56,169 bases of DNA, taken from a virus. Taxonomy: Duplodnaviria; Caudoviricetes. The stretch lies in IMG/VR virus record IMGVR_UViG_3300037587_000914, positions 1-56,169 of that record. The stretch is one strand, 5' to 3'. Both the position numbers and the translations under genes were made by a program. Below the pieces are notes generated by a model. The model saw only the letters and a program-made list of their open reading frames with translations. It was not told the DNA's origin and ran no database searches. Shown piece by piece: positions 29,021-39,461 of this stretch; position 1 is the stretch's first letter, and each line of letters begins with the position of its first letter.

Positions 29021-29245
29021 AAGAAGTTCAAAGTTTCAAAGTGTCTAAAGTGATCTAAAGTTATGGCAAAAGATAAATCTTTTATTATTTTAATAGAAGA
29101 AAAACACCATAACTTTCCTCCTAACAAGCCGGCGGGCAGGGACGGATTAGGGTTGAAGGGAAATAGCTGTTTAAACTGTTTAAGCCGCTTCATCTGTTTA
29201 AGCTGTTCTGTTATGCCCACCCTACGTTACTGTTTAAACTGTTCT
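29021..29245. repeat. Cluster of AAAGTG-type element, inserted hairpin and AAACxGTTT 9-bp periodic repeats
   Basis: Core ttatggcaaaagataaatcttttatt also near 33890, 46100 and 50412. Confidence 0.85.
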
Positions 29246-29246
29246 G

Positions 29247-30824
29247 TTATGTTACCGTGATGTAATTGCTACTGGTACATGTATCAACCGGAAATGTAGG
29301 AGTATGTACTATTGCTCTTGCGTCCGATATTTGCCAACCATTTTTTCCTCCGAGTCCAGGGCTTGTTAGCAATGGGAACGAAAGATCTGATATTGTTGTT
29401 GTAAATATTGTTCCCAGCGAACTGGTTATATCAGCAACGAATTCCCATGCGTTATCGCCCGGTGCGGCTTTTTCTCCTGTCCCTAATAATACTGTGCCTT
29501 CTGTAAGGCCGACATTCTGATACAATAATTCAAGTACGGCTATTTTTGGTGCAGAGTATGAAGTTAAATTTATATTCTCTATGGTCACTCTTGTAGCATT
29601 GTATTGAAAATCTGCAGACGAGCCTTGTTGTACATGGTATCGACCGATTGACGTGCCTATAAATGGTATCCATGATGCCGCGTTGAAGGCTGCCCATGCT
29701 GCTGCGTTTGAACCGTGGCCAGCCCCGCTTTTTCTGTTTTCAAATGCGTCAGTAAAGCCATTAACTGTCACGCTTGACGATGTAAATGTAGTGAGCGTCA
29801 CTGAGTAAGAACCAGCGTCCGTATATATATGGACAGGGTTTTGTTCATTTGACTGGAACCCATCGCCAAAATCCCATAGCCAATTTGTCGGAGAGCCAGT
29901 TGATGTCTCCGTAAATTGAACGATTAAAGGCGCGCTACCCGAAAGGATATCCGCTGTAAATGGACAACCGCACCCCTTCGGATTTTTCTCAAACCCGATC
30001 ACGCTCGGGGTGTATGGTGTGCCGGGGCCGCTGCCGGTGTATTTGATTACTACCCTGTCTCCCACTTCAAAGGCCGCGCCGTCGCAGGTAAGGTATGTTA
30101 TCGGTACGTTGGTCAGCGTAGTCGTCGGATTAACGTCGAGGCCCTGCAGGCTGCTTACGGCAGCATCAAGTGTGATGTCACACAGGTTTGCGTTCAGATT
30201 TGTAATCTCGCCAAGCCGGTACGTAGGCTGGTACTTCTGCCAGCCAGTCATTATGGCAAGATTGTAAAAGTTTTCTGAAGGTGACAGTCCAAGTACCGGC
30301 ACGATCTGGCCATCTGCAGCAGCATTATAAACCGCATCGTTACCGCTCTCCCCTCCGGGCCGTATTATCACCGGCGCCGTCCTTTCGCCCGGTACCTCTA
30401 TCGTACCCACTTCTCCGGAAAGGCTTTCGTTCAGGTCAGCACACCAGGCGGATATCTCTTCGTCCGGAGGAAGATTGTCCGTAAGGAATTTCTTCTCCTG
30501 AGTAAGCGAACCGAGCTTCATCTTACTGGAGTTGAGCCTGTTCGTCGCCGCGTTGAGCTCCGAGAGGGCAATACTGAGCGACCTGGTTATCTCTGTTGTA
30601 TCGTTTCCCAGGTTGATCGCCGAGTTGAGCTGTACAAGCAAGGTAGTGTGTGTCGTCTGTTTCGTGGCGGCTTCCGCCTCGGCCGCAGGTATATCTACCT
30701 CGGTCAGCACCACTATCGCGTTGACAAGCGCATCGATCTTTGCCTGGATCCGGGTCTTGTCCACCTCATAATCGATCTGGTACAGACCGTCTGTACCGCC
30801 TGATACAATTATTCCTTTTCCCAT
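29247..30824 (-). CDS. Tail protein with coiled coil and split PKD domain
   Basis: NWLWDFGDG..NPVHIY..GSYSVTLT; terminal NYITVT. Confidence 0.75.
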   Translation of the reverse strand: MGKGIIVSGGTDGLYQIDYEVDKTRIQAKIDALVNAIVVLTEVDIPAAEAEAATKQTTHTTLLVQLNSAINLGNDTTEITRSLSIALSELNAATNRLNSSKMKLGSLTQEKKFLTDNLPPDEEISAWCADLNESLSGEVGTIEVPGERTAPVIIRPGGESGNDAVYNAAADGQIVPVLGLSPSENFYNLAIMTGWQKYQPTYRLGEITNLNANLCDITLDAAVSSLQGLDVNPTTTLTNVPITYLTCDGAAFEVGDRVVIKYTGSGPGTPYTPSVIGFEKNPKGCGCPFTADILSGSAPLIVQFTETSTGSPTNWLWDFGDGFQSNEQNPVHIYTDAGSYSVTLTTFTSSSVTVNGFTDAFENRKSGAGHGSNAAAWAAFNAASWIPFIGTSIGRYHVQQGSSADFQYNATRVTIENINLTSYSAPKIAVLELLYQNVGLTEGTVLLGTGEKAAPGDNAWEFVADITSSLGTIFTTTISDLSFPLLTSPGLGGKNGWQISDARAIVHTPTFPVDTCTSSNYITVT

Positions 30825-30832
30825 GTTTAAAT

Positions 30833-30975
30833 AAGTGCCTAAAGTGAACTAAAGTTTGAAGTGCCTAAAGTTATGGAGTTTTTTTTATTATATAACGTTC
30901 GGTCACTCGCCGAAGGCGATAACTAAAGAACACCTTAACTTTAGGCACTTTAGCTCACTTTAAACTTTGCAACTT
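30833..30975. repeat. AAAGTG/CACTTT inverted-arm element
   Basis: Arms aagtgcctaaagt.. and ..actttaggcacttt. Confidence 0.85.
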
Positions 30976-30982
30976 TTTTTCC

Positions 30983-32506
30983 TTAAGCTTCAGTTATCCT
31001 CATTTTCGTAAACCTCGGGTTGACCGCTATGAAGACTTCTCCTACGGTAAACACCTGCGAATCATGCTCAGCCTGGTCACCAGATACAATGCTGCTGTCC
31101 ATCTTCGACTCAATGTGTATCTTACCGCTATAGACAGATTTAAGGCTGGCCAGTTCCAGGGATATCCCTTTCGGCGTTCCGACAGACGTCGTCTTATGCC
31201 CTGCCAGGGTCGCGCTGCTTTTAAATGACCCCTCATCCGTCCTGATCGTCTCAAGCTCAACCCGTGCTCTCTCAATACTCTCCGGAGTTCCATCCGCCTT
31301 GATCCCGTTCCTCGTTATTACCAGCTCACCGTTCGGCCTTGCGTTAATGCTGTCGGCATTCTGCCTGCTGTTAGGTGATATTACACTGAGCCACGACGGA
31401 TCCCCGTCCTTCAGCCGAGTCTGGAAGCTGGTCATGGGTAATACGACATCATCCACGCTGTCCGGCGCGCCGGTAAGTGTCAGCGTATATGTAACAGCGT
31501 GATAGACCGTAGCAGGTATATGAAACCCGTTGAGTATATATCGTTGGTTCAGGAACAGAGAGAAAGGCCCCGTCGGTACGATAAGCGCGTATCGTTGGTT
31601 TAATAACTCAGTGTACAGTGTCGGTGCATTGAGGGCATAACGCTGGTTGAGAAAAGTGGTCGTCAATACCGCGCCTGCAAGAGCATACCGCTGATTCAAT
31701 ACTTCCTTGTATAGTGTCGGAGCACCGAGAGCATACCGCTGATTAAGTGAGGATGTTATCAGCGTTGCTCCCGTTAGGGAATATCTCTGGTTCAGCGACG
31801 CTTCGTTCAGGACAGGTGCAGTCAAAGCATATCTCTGTCCAAGAAAAATAGTCGGCAGAGTATATTCTTGTGTTGGCGGTGTAAACCCGCCTGCCCATCC
31901 TCTGTCAGTACCATTTGAAATACGAGGCTCATCTATCCATCCATCATGAGGATTGGTAGTGTTTCTCGGATCGACCCCTATTTTCAAAGCGGCAGTATTG
32001 TCTGATATTGCGCCTGAATCCGTAAGCGTTGAACCTGACTGTACTCCATCAATAAATATTCTCCAGCTATTCACACTCCGGGTTATAGCTAAATGGTACC
32101 ATTGCCCTGTATTTGGGGTCCACGTTGCGCTACTAACCGTTATAACAGGAGAGCCGGACGCCCATTGCTCAAAACCAAGGCCGCCTCCATGGTTCCTGAT
32201 AAACCGCCACATCTCATTCGTATTTGCTCCTTTTCCTATAAAAACATGGTTTGCGGAAACAGTCGCAAATCTCACCCAGAAATCAATAACAAAGTCATTA
32301 GTTCCAAAATTGTAATCTGTATGGTCCGGGTATGAAACATATTGAGAGGATGCGGCCACAAATTTACCGGAACCTGCTCCAAGCTTCTTTATACCGGTAT
32401 CAATCGTTGCGCCGTTTACCGTAGGCGTATGACCTGTAACACTCGAATCACTGAAGTCCGAGTTCATATGCAGTATTAACTTTGTGAAGCTGTCTATTCC
32501 AGGCAT
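30983..32506 (-). CDS. LamG/ConA-like domain tail protein with LNQRY repeats
   Basis: DFVIDFW, WYHLAITR, IFIDG, GWIDEPRIS; 7 repeats of about 16 aa. Confidence 0.8.
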   Translation of the reverse strand: MPGIDSFTKLILHMNSDFSDSSVTGHTPTVNGATIDTGIKKLGAGSGKFVAASSQYVSYPDHTDYNFGTNDFVIDFWVRFATVSANHVFIGKGANTNEMWRFIRNHGGGLGFEQWASGSPVITVSSATWTPNTGQWYHLAITRSVNSWRIFIDGVQSGSTLTDSGAISDNTAALKIGVDPRNTTNPHDGWIDEPRISNGTDRGWAGGFTPPTQEYTLPTIFLGQRYALTAPVLNEASLNQRYSLTGATLITSSLNQRYALGAPTLYKEVLNQRYALAGAVLTTTFLNQRYALNAPTLYTELLNQRYALIVPTGPFSLFLNQRYILNGFHIPATVYHAVTYTLTLTGAPDSVDDVVLPMTSFQTRLKDGDPSWLSVISPNSRQNADSINARPNGELVITRNGIKADGTPESIERARVELETIRTDEGSFKSSATLAGHKTTSVGTPKGISLELASLKSVYSGKIHIESKMDSSIVSGDQAEHDSQVFTVGEVFIAVNPRFTKMRITEA

Positions 32507-32622
32507 TTGGATTTACGATTTTAGATTGACGATTAAAAAAAAGAGCAAAAACGGTTGATGATTGCCGACTGAACGATTGATATTTCCACAATCAACAATC
32601 GACAATCATCAATATTCAATCC

Positions 32623-33411
32623 TTAAAGATACGCGCTCAGGCCGATTTCGCTCAGGTTGATCGGGGTTGATGTTGTTGTGGCTGCCGGCACGGTCCTTTC
32701 GATCCAGAACGCTGCCGATTCACCCGCGGCTAGTGTTCCCAGGTTGATACCGGTACCCTGAGTTGTCGGCGCGGTGAACGTAACACCACCCGGGGCTGTG
32801 TCCTCATCGCCAATAGTTGTGGCCACGCCAGTCGTAGATCCGTCACCCACGCCTGCGGGATCTGCGCCTATCTTCAAGCTGTCCGCTCCGGAGGCGTCCG
32901 ACTCTCGCCAGATCGTTACGTTCAGCATGCTGTCTGTTCCGTGTGTATTCTTGACGTATACACAGCGGTGTTCCGTATCGCCGTCGAGGGAATCCAGCTT
33001 GGCAATATCATCGAACACTTCATTTGCTATATTGGCTATGGTGATATCCGCATCATTCTGGTCGGATCCCGGCAATGATGCGGCCGTTACGGTTATGTGT
33101 ATCTGGGCGTCACCTGTGGAATCTGCTATTACATACTTACCGTCTACGGAGACGTCTACCGCCGTGCCTATAGACCCGCCGTTAGGTGTCCATGTGAGTT
33201 CATCCGTCGAGTTGGTATAAGCCAGCGTGCCATTTCCTGTAGCGTTGCCGGCCGCGTAGTCTATGACTACACCGGTTACGTTGGTAGGTGCCGCTGCGGA
33301 TTGCGACAGCACCCGTTCGGTGGACAATATTCCGCCCAGGGATGCGTCCGGGTCGGTATTTGATGCCCCCCCGGAAAGCCTTACTTCCAGCTCTGCCATG
33401 TTAATTGCCAT
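32623..33411 (-). CDS. Virion structural protein
   Basis: T/A/G-rich; position in tail module. Confidence 0.7.
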   Translation of the reverse strand: MAINMAELEVRLSGGASNTDPDASLGGILSTERVLSQSAAAPTNVTGVVIDYAAGNATGNGTLAYTNSTDELTWTPNGGSIGTAVDVSVDGKYVIADSTGDAQIHITVTAASLPGSDQNDADITIANIANEVFDDIAKLDSLDGDTEHRCVYVKNTHGTDSMLNVTIWRESDASGADSLKIGADPAGVGDGSTTGVATTIGDEDTAPGGVTFTAPTTQGTGINLGTLAAGESAAFWIERTVPAATTTSTPINLSEIGLSAYL

Positions 33412-33501
33412 AGTTTTATTCTCCTATAAATAACCGTTTGAACCGTTTAAACAGTTTAATCCGTTTAAACCATTCGTAGGAGCGAACCTATGTGTTCGCC
33501 C

Positions 33502-33852
33502 CTACGATAGTTTTCTATTTATCAGTACCTTCAAAATCGTCACTCCGTTGGTGTTCCTTATCGTATCAGGCGCGCCTTCGAAAGCGCCTTCGGCTGTGGT
33601 GATCACCAGCAGTGGGTATAGCTCTACCATGAGTGCCAGCTTGTCGTAATCGTCCTTCGACAGATCTCTTGCCCGTATGGTAAACGTCCTGTCTGCATGC
33701 GACATGCCCATGTCCTCGATCTCTGCATTGCCGTCCAGCGTAGCCTTCCTCGTTACCCTGCGTGATATCTGCCGCACGTCCGTACCCTCCTCTGCGTCCG
33801 CAAGGAGCATCGATCCGTTTACATCAAAAGTAGTTGTTGATATTCCGATCAT
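33502..33852 (-). CDS. Distal-tail-like protein; stop supplied by REP
   Basis: Directly downstream of tape measure; RRVTRKATLDG. Confidence 0.65.
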   Translation of the reverse strand: MIGISTTTFDVNGSMLLADAEEGTDVRQISRRVTRKATLDGNAEIEDMGMSHADRTFTIRARDLSKDDYDKLALMVELYPLLVITTAEGAFEGAPDTIRNTNGVTILKVLINRKLS

Positions 33853-33855
33853 GAT

Positions 33856-33980
33856 AAGTTTGAAGTTAAAAGTTGAAAATGCCTAAAGTTATGGCAAAAG
33901 ATAAATCTTTTATTTTTTTAATAGAAGAAAAACACCTTAACTTTAGCTCACTTCACACTTTAGTTCACTTTAAGCACTTT
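33856..33980. repeat. AAAGTG/CACTTT inverted-arm element
   Basis: Closely similar to 50383-50500. Confidence 0.85.
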
Positions 33981-34018
33981 TTTCATAACAGTTTAAACCG
34001 TTTAAGCAGTTCAAACTG

Positions 34019-36634
34019 TTACGATACTCCTAATAAATACTCCGCACCCTCTGCGTTCGCCCGTATCTGCACACGTTCCAGTATCGCAAACATAAATGCT
34101 TCCAGTTCCGGCTCAAGTCCGTCACCGGTTATATTGATTATTGCCTCGCCTTCCGTCAGGCGGTTAAGTTGTGCGTCGGCAATCCTGTTTTGTTTCTCAA
34201 TAAATGTCTTTTGTTCCGGACTTATCTCGCCTTTTCGTTTAGCCTCTCTCTCTAATGCCTCTATCGAGGATACTGGCCTGCCAAAGATTGTTGATAATGG
34301 CAACGGTATGTCTCTTAACGCATCCGGTATCGCAGTTTTAGTATTTCTAATCTCAATACCGAACTCCTCCATCGCCTTCCGGCTTTTAAGTATAGCGTTC
34401 AAGGATCTTTGTTCTTCCTCGGTCTGTGCACCAGGAAGTGCCTGGGCGGCCAGGAGTTTTCTCTCGGTTTCTGTTTGCGCTCTAAGGGCAAACATATCAA
34501 CGCCGTCAATCATGGCCTTTGTAATTCTATTCGTATTTATCCTGCTTGTAAGATCCACGCCGTCTATTACTGCCTTTGCAACCTGGTCTCCACCTACCCT
34601 GCTACTGAAATCTATTCCGTCAATCACAGCCTTTGTTATTCTGTCCGCATTTATCCTGCTACTGAAGTCAATACCATCAATTACGGCCCTTGAGGCAACA
34701 GGTACTTCTTTTCGTGCGGCCCTTGCCTTCGTTTCAAACTCCAGCTGCTCTGCCTTCGTGGGAGCAGGTAATTTAACATCCTTGACACGGAATAATTTAT
34801 TTAAACCAGTAAACTTTTCAATAAGCTTCCCCGCTTCAAACGATGCCAGGCCGATTGCCGCCACGAGGCCCGCTTTGCCGAGTGCTTTAGTGATAGAGCC
34901 TATTCCCTTAGTTGCCTTAGAAGATGTAAAAAGTGCATCGAATTTCGCTTGTGCAGTCGTCGCCTGGACTCCGGCTGTTGTGGCAGCCGCTCCTAGTCCG
35001 GCTGCCCCGGTCAATGCAGTAATCACCGCGCCCACTCCCCTTGCACCTGCCATAGTGGCAAATTTCAGGCTCAGACCGGTCATTGCAATACCCAAAAGCC
35101 CCAGAGCCGGGAGTAGCAGTGTTGTAATTGCGACAGACACCCCGCCAACACTGCCTATTGTCTTCTGCATCTTAGGGTCAAGGTCCGAGAACCATCTAAT
35201 CGTTTTGATTATGATCCCTCCGACTTCCCCAAATACCTTTACTATTCCCGCAGTAACGTCTATCATCGAACCTCCAACCTCGATAATGCGGTTAAACAGT
35301 ATTGCAAGGTCCTCCGGCTTTGTCAGATCAAGACCGGTAAACAGATCATCAAAAGTCTCATCTATCCTTCCAAGCGCATCAAGAATTGGTGTAAAGTCTG
35401 TTTTTTCAAACGCCTCCGGCAGTGCCACGGCAATCTTACCGATCACTTCCTCCCACTCCTTCAGCTGTGGTCTGATCTTCTCCAGGAGGGTCTCAAATCC
35501 GCCTCCGGTAACTATGCCCTGCAGTGCTATCTCAAAATCTGTTATGCTTCCAATTACTCCGGTAAGCTCTGGCCTGAACTGGTCACCGATAGACCTGGCC
35601 ATGTTATCAAATGCGACTTTTGCCCGGTCTACCTGCTTCTCTGATGCCTCCAGTCTTGTGTTTACCTCTTTTGCTACGGATCCTGCGGAATTATATGCTA
35701 GCCTTGTAATCTTCAATGACTTAGAAAGACCGTCAAATACCTTTACCATCTTTCCTGCCTGTCTAATGCCTACCAGCTCCCCTGTGATAAACAGTTTCTG
35801 GTTCTTGTCAAGGGTCTTAAACGCTTTTGCAACATCAAAGAGGATATCCTTCCCTGACCTAAGCTTACCATTATAGTCCTTCTGGCTGACGCCTATCGCT
35901 TTCAGTGCGGCCTGCACAGGCTTCTGGTCGCTGATAAGTCTCAAGAGTCCGGTCTTCAGGGCGACTGCAGCCTCTCCGCCCGATCTGAATACTTCGATGA
36001 TTGGTGTCAGCACGCCCGCAGTCTCTTCAAAGTTGAAGCCCATCAACTTTGCAATCGGCGAAAGTTCTGCCATGCCGATACCCAACTGCTTCAGGTTTGT
36101 CGCGTATTTATTGGAAACTTCGTTGAGTATATCGGTAAGACGTGCGGCTTCTGAGGCAGGGGCTTCAAATCCTTTCAGTGTAGACACCAATAATTCCGAT
36201 GCTTCCGCCGCCTCCAGGTCACCCGCAACAACGAGGTCGAGGGCAGCCTTCTGCAATTCAAAACTTTCTTTGACTGTGAATCCCGCCTGTTTGAAGTTAG
36301 CTGCACCTTGTAATATATCTGTTGATGCTTCACCATATTTATTTGACAGAATATCAACAGCACCGGTAAACTGGCTTGCTGCCCCTTCCGAATCGCTCAT
36401 GACCTTCTGCAAGTCGAGCAAAGCTCCCTCGAATTTGCTTGACTCCTTGAACGCCTTTACGGCAAGTGCCACACCGACTGCCACTATCGCACCCTCAAGG
36501 ATAAGGAATTTCTTGGTAAGGTCTGCAACCGGGCTGGCGATTTTGCCTATATTGTTTGACACGCCGGATATGACATTACCCGTCTTATCAGTAGCGCCGA
36601 AAATGATTTGAACTGTTTTGTTTAGGTCAGCCAT
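34019..36634 (-). CDS. Tail tape measure protein (TP901 family)
   Basis: Ala/Gly-rich helical protein after the tail chaperone; PhageMin_Tail-like region. Confidence 0.9.
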   Translation of the reverse strand: MADLNKTVQIIFGATDKTGNVISGVSNNIGKIASPVADLTKKFLILEGAIVAVGVALAVKAFKESSKFEGALLDLQKVMSDSEGAASQFTGAVDILSNKYGEASTDILQGAANFKQAGFTVKESFELQKAALDLVVAGDLEAAEASELLVSTLKGFEAPASEAARLTDILNEVSNKYATNLKQLGIGMAELSPIAKLMGFNFEETAGVLTPIIEVFRSGGEAAVALKTGLLRLISDQKPVQAALKAIGVSQKDYNGKLRSGKDILFDVAKAFKTLDKNQKLFITGELVGIRQAGKMVKVFDGLSKSLKITRLAYNSAGSVAKEVNTRLEASEKQVDRAKVAFDNMARSIGDQFRPELTGVIGSITDFEIALQGIVTGGGFETLLEKIRPQLKEWEEVIGKIAVALPEAFEKTDFTPILDALGRIDETFDDLFTGLDLTKPEDLAILFNRIIEVGGSMIDVTAGIVKVFGEVGGIIIKTIRWFSDLDPKMQKTIGSVGGVSVAITTLLLPALGLLGIAMTGLSLKFATMAGARGVGAVITALTGAAGLGAAATTAGVQATTAQAKFDALFTSSKATKGIGSITKALGKAGLVAAIGLASFEAGKLIEKFTGLNKLFRVKDVKLPAPTKAEQLEFETKARAARKEVPVASRAVIDGIDFSSRINADRITKAVIDGIDFSSRVGGDQVAKAVIDGVDLTSRINTNRITKAMIDGVDMFALRAQTETERKLLAAQALPGAQTEEEQRSLNAILKSRKAMEEFGIEIRNTKTAIPDALRDIPLPLSTIFGRPVSSIEALEREAKRKGEISPEQKTFIEKQNRIADAQLNRLTEGEAIINITGDGLEPELEAFMFAILERVQIRANAEGAEYLLGVS

Positions 36635-36659
36635 TTCAATTTACAATTTATTTATTCCC

Positions 36660-36724
36660 GTAGGGGCCGACCTATGTGTCTGCCCCTTAACAGATAAAAG
36701 GCGAACACACAGGTTCGCCCCTAC
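36660..36724. repeat. REPIN-like inverted pair of GTAG REPs
   Basis: gtaggggccgacctatgtgtctgcccc ... ggcgaacacacaggttcgcccctac. Confidence 0.85.
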
Positions 36725-36897
36725 GAATCTTTTGTTTTCTGTTCATAATATCTGGACCACAGGCCGCGTTCTACATCTGTCTCATAGCCCTCCGGAAAGA
36801 GGTCTGGGCGGGTAACAAAAAGATAACTCTTCTTTATGTCTGCGAGGATCAGGCTGTTTTGGACGTCTGCTCTTTTCCAGAGGGCTTCGATTTTCCC
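36721..36897 (-). CDS. -1 frameshift extension of tail assembly chaperone (gpT-like)
   Basis: G GGA AAA at 36897-36891; the -1 frame is open to TAG at 36721. Confidence 0.8.
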   Translation of the reverse strand, partial: GKIEALWKRADVQNSLILADIKKSYLFVTRPDLFPEGYETDVERGLWSRYYEQKTKDS

Positions 36898-37370
36898 GCG
36901 ATTTGCCCCAGGCCGGTAAGTTCGAGGATCTTATTCGTGATAGCAAAAAACTCTACAGGGGCAACTTCTGCAATCCTGACCGCCATCGGCTTTGTGATCT
37001 TGGGCGAGACAGATCCGTATATTAAATGCTCCTGTCTCCTTACCACTTCGGTGTGTACGTCAGTACCTGTTCCTAATATCTTTTGAATAGCTTCGGTAAT
37101 CTTCGCCGCATTATCGCCAGCCAGCCCTTTAGCTACAGCCGCTACCTTCTCGTATGTCTCAGCTGCAGAATCACACCTGGCGAGCTCATCAGCCGTCAAC
37201 CCCTGTATCTTCCAGACTGCTTTCTTACCTTCCGGGAAGAATTCCAGAAGAGTAGAGTCCTTTATCTCCACTTCGTCTTCACGCCTGGCAAACTTCTGCG
37301 TCATAAACGCACTGGTATTGAACGTACCGCTTGCTGCCGGTTTCGATTCCTTCTCTTTTTTATCAGGCAT
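36849..37370 (-). CDS. Tail assembly chaperone (gpG-like)
   Basis: Between major tail and tape measure; slippery site near 3' end. Confidence 0.8.
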   Translation of the reverse strand: MPDKKEKESKPAASGTFNTSAFMTQKFARREDEVEIKDSTLLEFFPEGKKAVWKIQGLTADELARCDSAAETYEKVAAVAKGLAGDNAAKITEAIQKILGTGTDVHTEVVRRQEHLIYGSVSPKITKPMAVRIAEVAPVEFFAITNKILELTGLGQIAGKSKPSGKEQTSKTA

Positions 37371-37472
37371 TTTTCTCCATATTTAAAAAACGTGATTAAG
37401 GGCGCACACACAGGTGCGCCCCTACGTTTAAATCCTTATATTCCGCAATCCGCAATCAGAAATCCGCAATTG

Positions 37473-38474
37473 TTAAGTTGCTTTATTAGTCGCTTTGCTA
37501 CGAGCGGAGATAGTACAGTCTGCGCCAATACTAGCGCCCCCCACGGGGAACGACCGCGTCATGCCAAGCTTGCCCTGGGCCAGTATGTAAGGCGACTTAT
37601 TCCTGTCGGGAAAGAACTTGAACCACAGCCTTTCACTCTCCTGCGTTACTACCGAATCTGTAACGCCGTCTTTGAACTTCACTTTGAACGAACCCTGTCC
37701 CAGTGTCTTGCTTGAGGTACCTACCGTCGCGTTATACACCTCTTCCGAGTTAACGCTATAGCTGTTTTCCGGCGGTACAAATTCACTCGAAAGGGACACT
37801 TCTGTGAATATCGGCTCATATACCTTTCCATACACACCCTTGGCAACTACCCCGGTATGGATCAAAGGCAAAGCTGAGAGAAATTTAATATCACCATCTT
37901 CAGGTACATTGTCCCAGAGAGGGAAATCCCATTTCTCTTTGTGCAGACCAACCGCATCGAATATCTCATCAGCGGTTATCACTCCTGCGCTTATACTTGT
38001 AGTCCTGACCTGTGCTATCTCAAATGAACCAACCGGTATCAGAGGCGGGCCGCCTGTGGCAGCGCGTGTCTCGCTGAATGCCGTGCTCTCTGTACCCGCA
38101 ATCACAGCAATCGCTCCTCCGCTATTAACGGTTATACTGTTTATCCTGTAGCCGTCGGAGACGCCTCTTGTGATCGATTCCCCTCCAGCGGCACTTACTG
38201 ACGTAAGCACACCTGCCAGATAACCGGTGAGTGCGGCGACATCTACCTGGTCATTCACCGTATCCGGTGTTACCTTTCCGCCGGTTGCAATACCGTCCGG
38301 GAATATCTGCGCTGAATAGTCGACATCATCATTTGATACCCTGCCGCTAAACAGGGCTGCCGCTGTTGTAAACAGCTCGTGGTCGCCCGTATCGGTCAGG
38401 GCGGCCATTGCGAAAAGTGTCTCATTAGTTTCCATCTCCAACAGTCCGAATTCCGCATCATTACTTTCTGGCAT
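37473..38474 (-). CDS. Major tail (tube) protein
   Basis: Synteny; strong GGAGG RBS; beta-rich composition. Confidence 0.7.
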   Translation of the reverse strand: MPESNDAEFGLLEMETNETLFAMAALTDTGDHELFTTAAALFSGRVSNDDVDYSAQIFPDGIATGGKVTPDTVNDQVDVAALTGYLAGVLTSVSAAGGESITRGVSDGYRINSITVNSGGAIAVIAGTESTAFSETRAATGGPPLIPVGSFEIAQVRTTSISAGVITADEIFDAVGLHKEKWDFPLWDNVPEDGDIKFLSALPLIHTGVVAKGVYGKVYEPIFTEVSLSSEFVPPENSYSVNSEEVYNATVGTSSKTLGQGSFKVKFKDGVTDSVVTQESERLWFKFFPDRNKSPYILAQGKLGMTRSFPVGGASIGADCTISARSKATNKAT

Positions 38475-38506
38475 TGTATTACCTCCTTTTTCTATAATTT
38501 AAAATC

Positions 38507-38926
38507 TCAAATCGTTATTGTTTGTTCATGTCTCGCGTTGAAACCAAAAGATATCCCGTAATGCCACTCCATTTTTTCCTTCAGGTAAAAACGCAACCCG
38601 TCTTCTATCGGGAACATCCGGCCTTCTCCTTCTATCACAAAGCCGGTCAATGCTTTTTTTACAGCTTCCAGATACTCATATGCACCGTGGTGTGTTCTCA
38701 GGTTTTTGGTTATTATGGTTACATCGAATCCAGGCTTCTGTTTTACAGATACAAAGAAAGTTTCCGGTTCTGTGTAAAGTGACCCCAGGTACTGCACAAG
38801 AAGGGCCCCTTTCGCACTCTTCAATATATAATTTACCGGATCATCCGGAAAACCTTCTACTACAGGCCCTGCCACCTCTGCCTTAAGCTGTACAATAACC
38901 GCCATCTCTGATGTTAATATATCCAT
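38507..38926 (-). CDS. Mu gp37-like tail terminator
   Basis: VEGFPDDP..GALLVQYLGS..GAYEYLEAVKKALTGF. Confidence 0.75.
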   Translation of the reverse strand: MDILTSEMAVIVQLKAEVAGPVVEGFPDDPVNYILKSAKGALLVQYLGSLYTEPETFFVSVKQKPGFDVTIITKNLRTHHGAYEYLEAVKKALTGFVIEGEGRMFPIEDGLRFYLKEKMEWHYGISFGFNARHEQTITI

Positions 38927-38963
38927 AACAATCCGTTTGAACTGTTTAAACCGTTTAAGCAGA

Positions 38964-39422
38964 TTAAACTAAATCTTTTGACATCTCTTCATCCAATACC
39001 CTTATCATCTTGCCACCCTGGTCATACTTTAAGACAGCATCGCTTATATACGCCCTTTTGCCGTATTTCCTTGACGATCCTCTTCCTTCGTGGATCACAC
39101 GCGAATACTCGGCGGAGTTATAGACGATACCGCCGAAACGTCCCGCACTGAATGATAGTCCGTTGGACGTCTTCGTCTTTCCCGGCAGAACGAAATTCTC
39201 AGACCTTCTCAAATGCCCAATTCTTACCGGCACCGGATATCCTCCGGCGGCCGTCTTCGACTTCTTCGCTCCCGGGCCTGAGAGGTTTTTAACCGCCTCG
39301 CCGTGCACCCCGACGATAATCCTGGATATCCCGCGTACCATCGCATCGGGATAATTCCGGGCAATCCTGTCGGTATCCTCAATTACAGCCCGATCACCTA
39401 CAATTTTTACGGTCCCTAACAT
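38964..39422 (-). CDS. Neck/tail completion protein (HK97 gp10 / Mu gpG-like)
   Basis: PVRIGHLRRS..NSAEYSRVIHEG. Confidence 0.7.
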   Translation of the reverse strand: MLGTVKIVGDRAVIEDTDRIARNYPDAMVRGISRIIVGVHGEAVKNLSGPGAKKSKTAAGGYPVPVRIGHLRRSENFVLPGKTKTSNGLSFSAGRFGGIVYNSAEYSRVIHEGRGSSRKYGKRAYISDAVLKYDQGGKMIRVLDEEMSKDLV

Positions 39423-39461
39423 TTTTATGTCTGTAGGGGCAAACCTATGTGTTTGCCCTGC

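Noticed and set aside
33873-35876. 667-aa plus-strand ORF
   Set aside because: Antisense shadow of the tape measure gene; its N-terminus is translated repeat DNA, with the same peptide appearing at 29063
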